DNA of 64,000 nt from positions 62,001 through 126,000 of the forward strand of contig QPMI01000005.1 of the NCBI GenBank assembly GCA_004431415.1. Direction: 5' to 3'. Position numbers and translations under genes: made by a program. The notes beneath the pieces were generated by a model. That model ran no database searches. It was not told where the DNA came from and worked only from the letters and a program-made list of their open reading frames with translations. Position 1 is the first letter of the stretch. Each line of letters starts with the position of its first letter. The DNA comes from Cyanophora paradoxa CCMP329. Its lineage: Eukaryota > Plantae > Glaucophyta. Positions 61,522 through 64,000 of this stretch are shown here, piece by piece.

Positions 61522-64000
61522 GGGGCAGGAGGCTCGTCTTGCTGGAGACGGGGCGGGCGGGGACGGCAGAGGCGCCAGGGGCGAGGGCAGGTGCGCGGAG
61601 AAGGCGCTCTCGTCACCCCCCCGGATGAGGGCGGCCGGGGCGGGGCTGGGCTTGAGGCTGGAGAGGGGGAGGAGGAGCGGCGTCCGGCGGGCGGCGACCG
61701 GGGATGCGATGGGCGAGCCGGAGGGGGGGGAGGAGGACGGGGAGAGGGCGAGCGCGTCGCCGGTGAGGGAGGGCCGGCGGGAGCGGGGCAGGAAGGGCCC
61801 CGCGCCCTCGCCGCCGCCGCCGCCGCTGCCCTCGCCGCCGCTCCCGCGCGGTCCTGTCCCCCCATTCTCCTCGTCGTGGTCCTCCCACCAGGCGCCCGTG
61901 TGGCCGCCGGCCTCCGCGAGGGACGCGAGGGGCGGGGGCGGGCGGCGCCCGGGCGGCCGCCGCGCCTCCTCGCTGTGGGCCGGCCCGAAGGAGGGGACGC
62001 CCTCGGGGTAAGCCTCCGCGTCAAGGTCGAGCGTCATGACGAAGTAGAAGCGGGAGCCGCGGTTCAGCTCGGACTGCGCGGGGCGGCGCGGGGCGGGGTT
62101 AGCGGCGGCCAAGGTCCGAGGAGGAAGAAGAAGCGGGCGGGCCGCGTCCCTTCCAGCCTAGCCCAGCATAGACTGGCCCAGCCCGGCCCAGCCCGGCCCG
62201 GCCTAGCCGCGCCCCTTCCAGCCCCTCTGGACCTACTCCTGGCCCGGCCCGGCCCGGCCCAGCCCAGTCCGGCCCACCCCAGCCTAGTCTGGCCCCGCTG
62301 ACTGACCTGGACGCCGATGCGGCCGCCCATGAGCTTGACGAGCTTCTTGGAGACGGCGAGGCCCATGCCCGTGCCCCCGTACAGCCGCGTGATCGACGAG
62401 TCGGCCTGCGATCGACGAGTCGATCGACGAGTTTAGTGGGCGAGCGAGCGAGCCGCGGTTAGACGACCGGGACGGGCGGACCTGGACGTAGTCGGCGAAG
62501 ATGCAGCCGAGGCCCTCCTGGTCGATCCCGATACCCTGCGCGCAGGAAAGAGTCGGGAGGGAAGGAACTAAGCTGAGCTAAGCTAAGCTAAGCTGAGTTG
62601 AGCTGAGCTTGGGCTAAGCTAAGCTAAGCTACGCTAGAGCTCGAAGCTAAGCTAGGAGCTCGAAGCTAATGAGCTCCTCAGAGCTCACTCGGCTCAGAAG
62701 GGGGCGGGCGGCGCCGGCGGCGGACCGTGTCCTGGACGTCGACGCGGAGACTCTTATAATTAGGTAGTTAGGCTAAGCTATTTAAGCAGCTAAGAATCGT
62801 AAGCAATTTAATCTAATCTAATCTCACAGGCTTGAGCCGGCGAAGCGAAGCTAAGCATCTGTTAGGCACAAAGGCGAGCGAGCGGACCGTGTCCTGGACC
62901 GTGAAGCTAAGCTATCTAAGCAGCTAAGAATTCTTAGCCCAGGGCTAAGCTAAGCTTAGCTCAGTTAAGCATCTCTTAGGCCTTAGGCACGAAGGAAGCG
63001 CAAGCAGGCGGGCGAGCGGACCGTGTCCTAAGGACATCGATGCTAGGGCCGCTCGCGATTTAGATTAAGATTAAGCTAGGCTGAGCTGAGCTCGAAGCTA
63101 AGCGCCTCTAGGCCGACTCGAATCAGAGAGGGGGCGGGGGGCGTGCGGGGCGGACCGTGTCCTGGACGTCGACGCGGAACGTGAGGCGGCCGGCGAGGGC
63201 CCGCAGCGCCGTCACGTGGACGACCACCGAGCCGCGCTGCGTGAACTTGACCCCGTTGAACGCGAAGTTCGTCCTAAGGGGCGAGGGCGAGAGGCGCGGC
63301 GATCGAGTGAGAGGGACGGGGCAGCGCAGGGGGAGGGGCGGCGCGCGGGCGGGCAGGCGATTATCGTGTCGTTGATTGTAAATAAACGTCATTTTAAGCC
63401 AGTTTCATGCGGGCGGACGCACAGGATCTGCTTGAGGCGGTGTGGGTCCCCGCGCAGGGCCGTCGGCATGGTGAGGGGCACCCGGCACGCGATCTCGATC
63501 GACTTGGCGAACGCCGTCGGAGCCACGACCTGCCGTGCGTAGCCCCGCCGTGTGAGGGGCGGGGCGTGGCGAAGGCACCGACGGCAGGCGACAGCAGCGT
63601 TTAGCTAGGCTAGGCTAGGCGAGGTTAGCTTAAGAGAGGGCCGGCGGTGGGCGGGCAGGGGACGTCAAGCTAAGCTCGAGAGGAAGCCAGAAGAGGCCCG
63701 AGCTATAAATAGCTGCAGGGGAGGGGGGTACGGGGCACCTCGAGGACCTCCTCGATGCAGTCGCGGAGGTCGAAGGGGATGGACTCGAGGACGACCTTCC
63801 CCGCCTCGATCTTGTGCAGGTCCAGCAGGTCTGGGGGGGGGAGGGGGGGGAGGGAGGAGGGTCAGGTGAGGCTCAGGTGGGGCCCGCGGTCAGAGGGCTG
63901 GGAGGGCTCTAGCTAGCCCAGCTAGTGCTTTCGACGGCTAGGTGCGTCTCGGTAGCGCTGGGGCGCGCAGCTATTGCTTCAGGCAGATAGGGAGGGGAAA
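59267..64000 (-). CDS. Hybrid sensor histidine kinase (HisKA-HATPase-pseudo-receiver-receiver); 5' end outside window
   Basis: [51 protein letters not shown]|[30 protein letters not shown]. Receiver: [13 protein letters not shown]...[13 protein letters not shown]...IVALTAN...[10 protein letters not shown]|IRKEDL. Stop at 59267. The GC-rich linker has possible homopolymer frameshifts. Confidence 0.9.

Overview
GC-rich, very intron-dense eukaryotic DNA with short GT-AG and frequent GC-AG introns. An alga or protist is likely; a Cyanophora-like glaucophyte is only a guess. Most long ORFs in the six-frame track are artefacts of GC content, so I spliced the genes by hand. Genes: (1) 606-6274 (+), an unknown N-terminal region, a coiled coil, and an array of ~11 symmetric phase-0 exons each encoding one ~29-aa 'LGLP..As..ei..k.eel' repeat; (2) a small repeat-containing gene at ~8.6-9.3 kb (-); (3) a ~10-kb gene of ~50 exons (15197-~25053, -) encoding ~11 tandem ~100-aa units of an unrecognised Cys-rich repeat, with a one-module paralog at ~45 kb; (4) a CCDC177/CCDC185 (DUF4659)-like coiled-coil gene, 38513-~43988 (+); (5) a spliced RecB/Cas4-like (TM0106-type) nuclease fused to a UPF1/Dna2-like SF1 helicase, ~46959-55647 (-); (6) a hybrid histidine kinase from beyond 64000 to 59267 (-). 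At 9.5-14.7 kb lies an inverted, internally deleted copy of the kinase fused to fragments of the CCDC177-like gene. Mobile and repeat DNA includes a tRNA-derived SINE with a 17-bp TSD, two LINE-like 3' ends, an intronless Pro/Ser/Arg-rich element, a 40-bp minisatellite and microsatellites. Non-coding DNA is saturated with short palindromes, and paralog comparison suggests these arise by fold-back (template-switch) micro-insertions.
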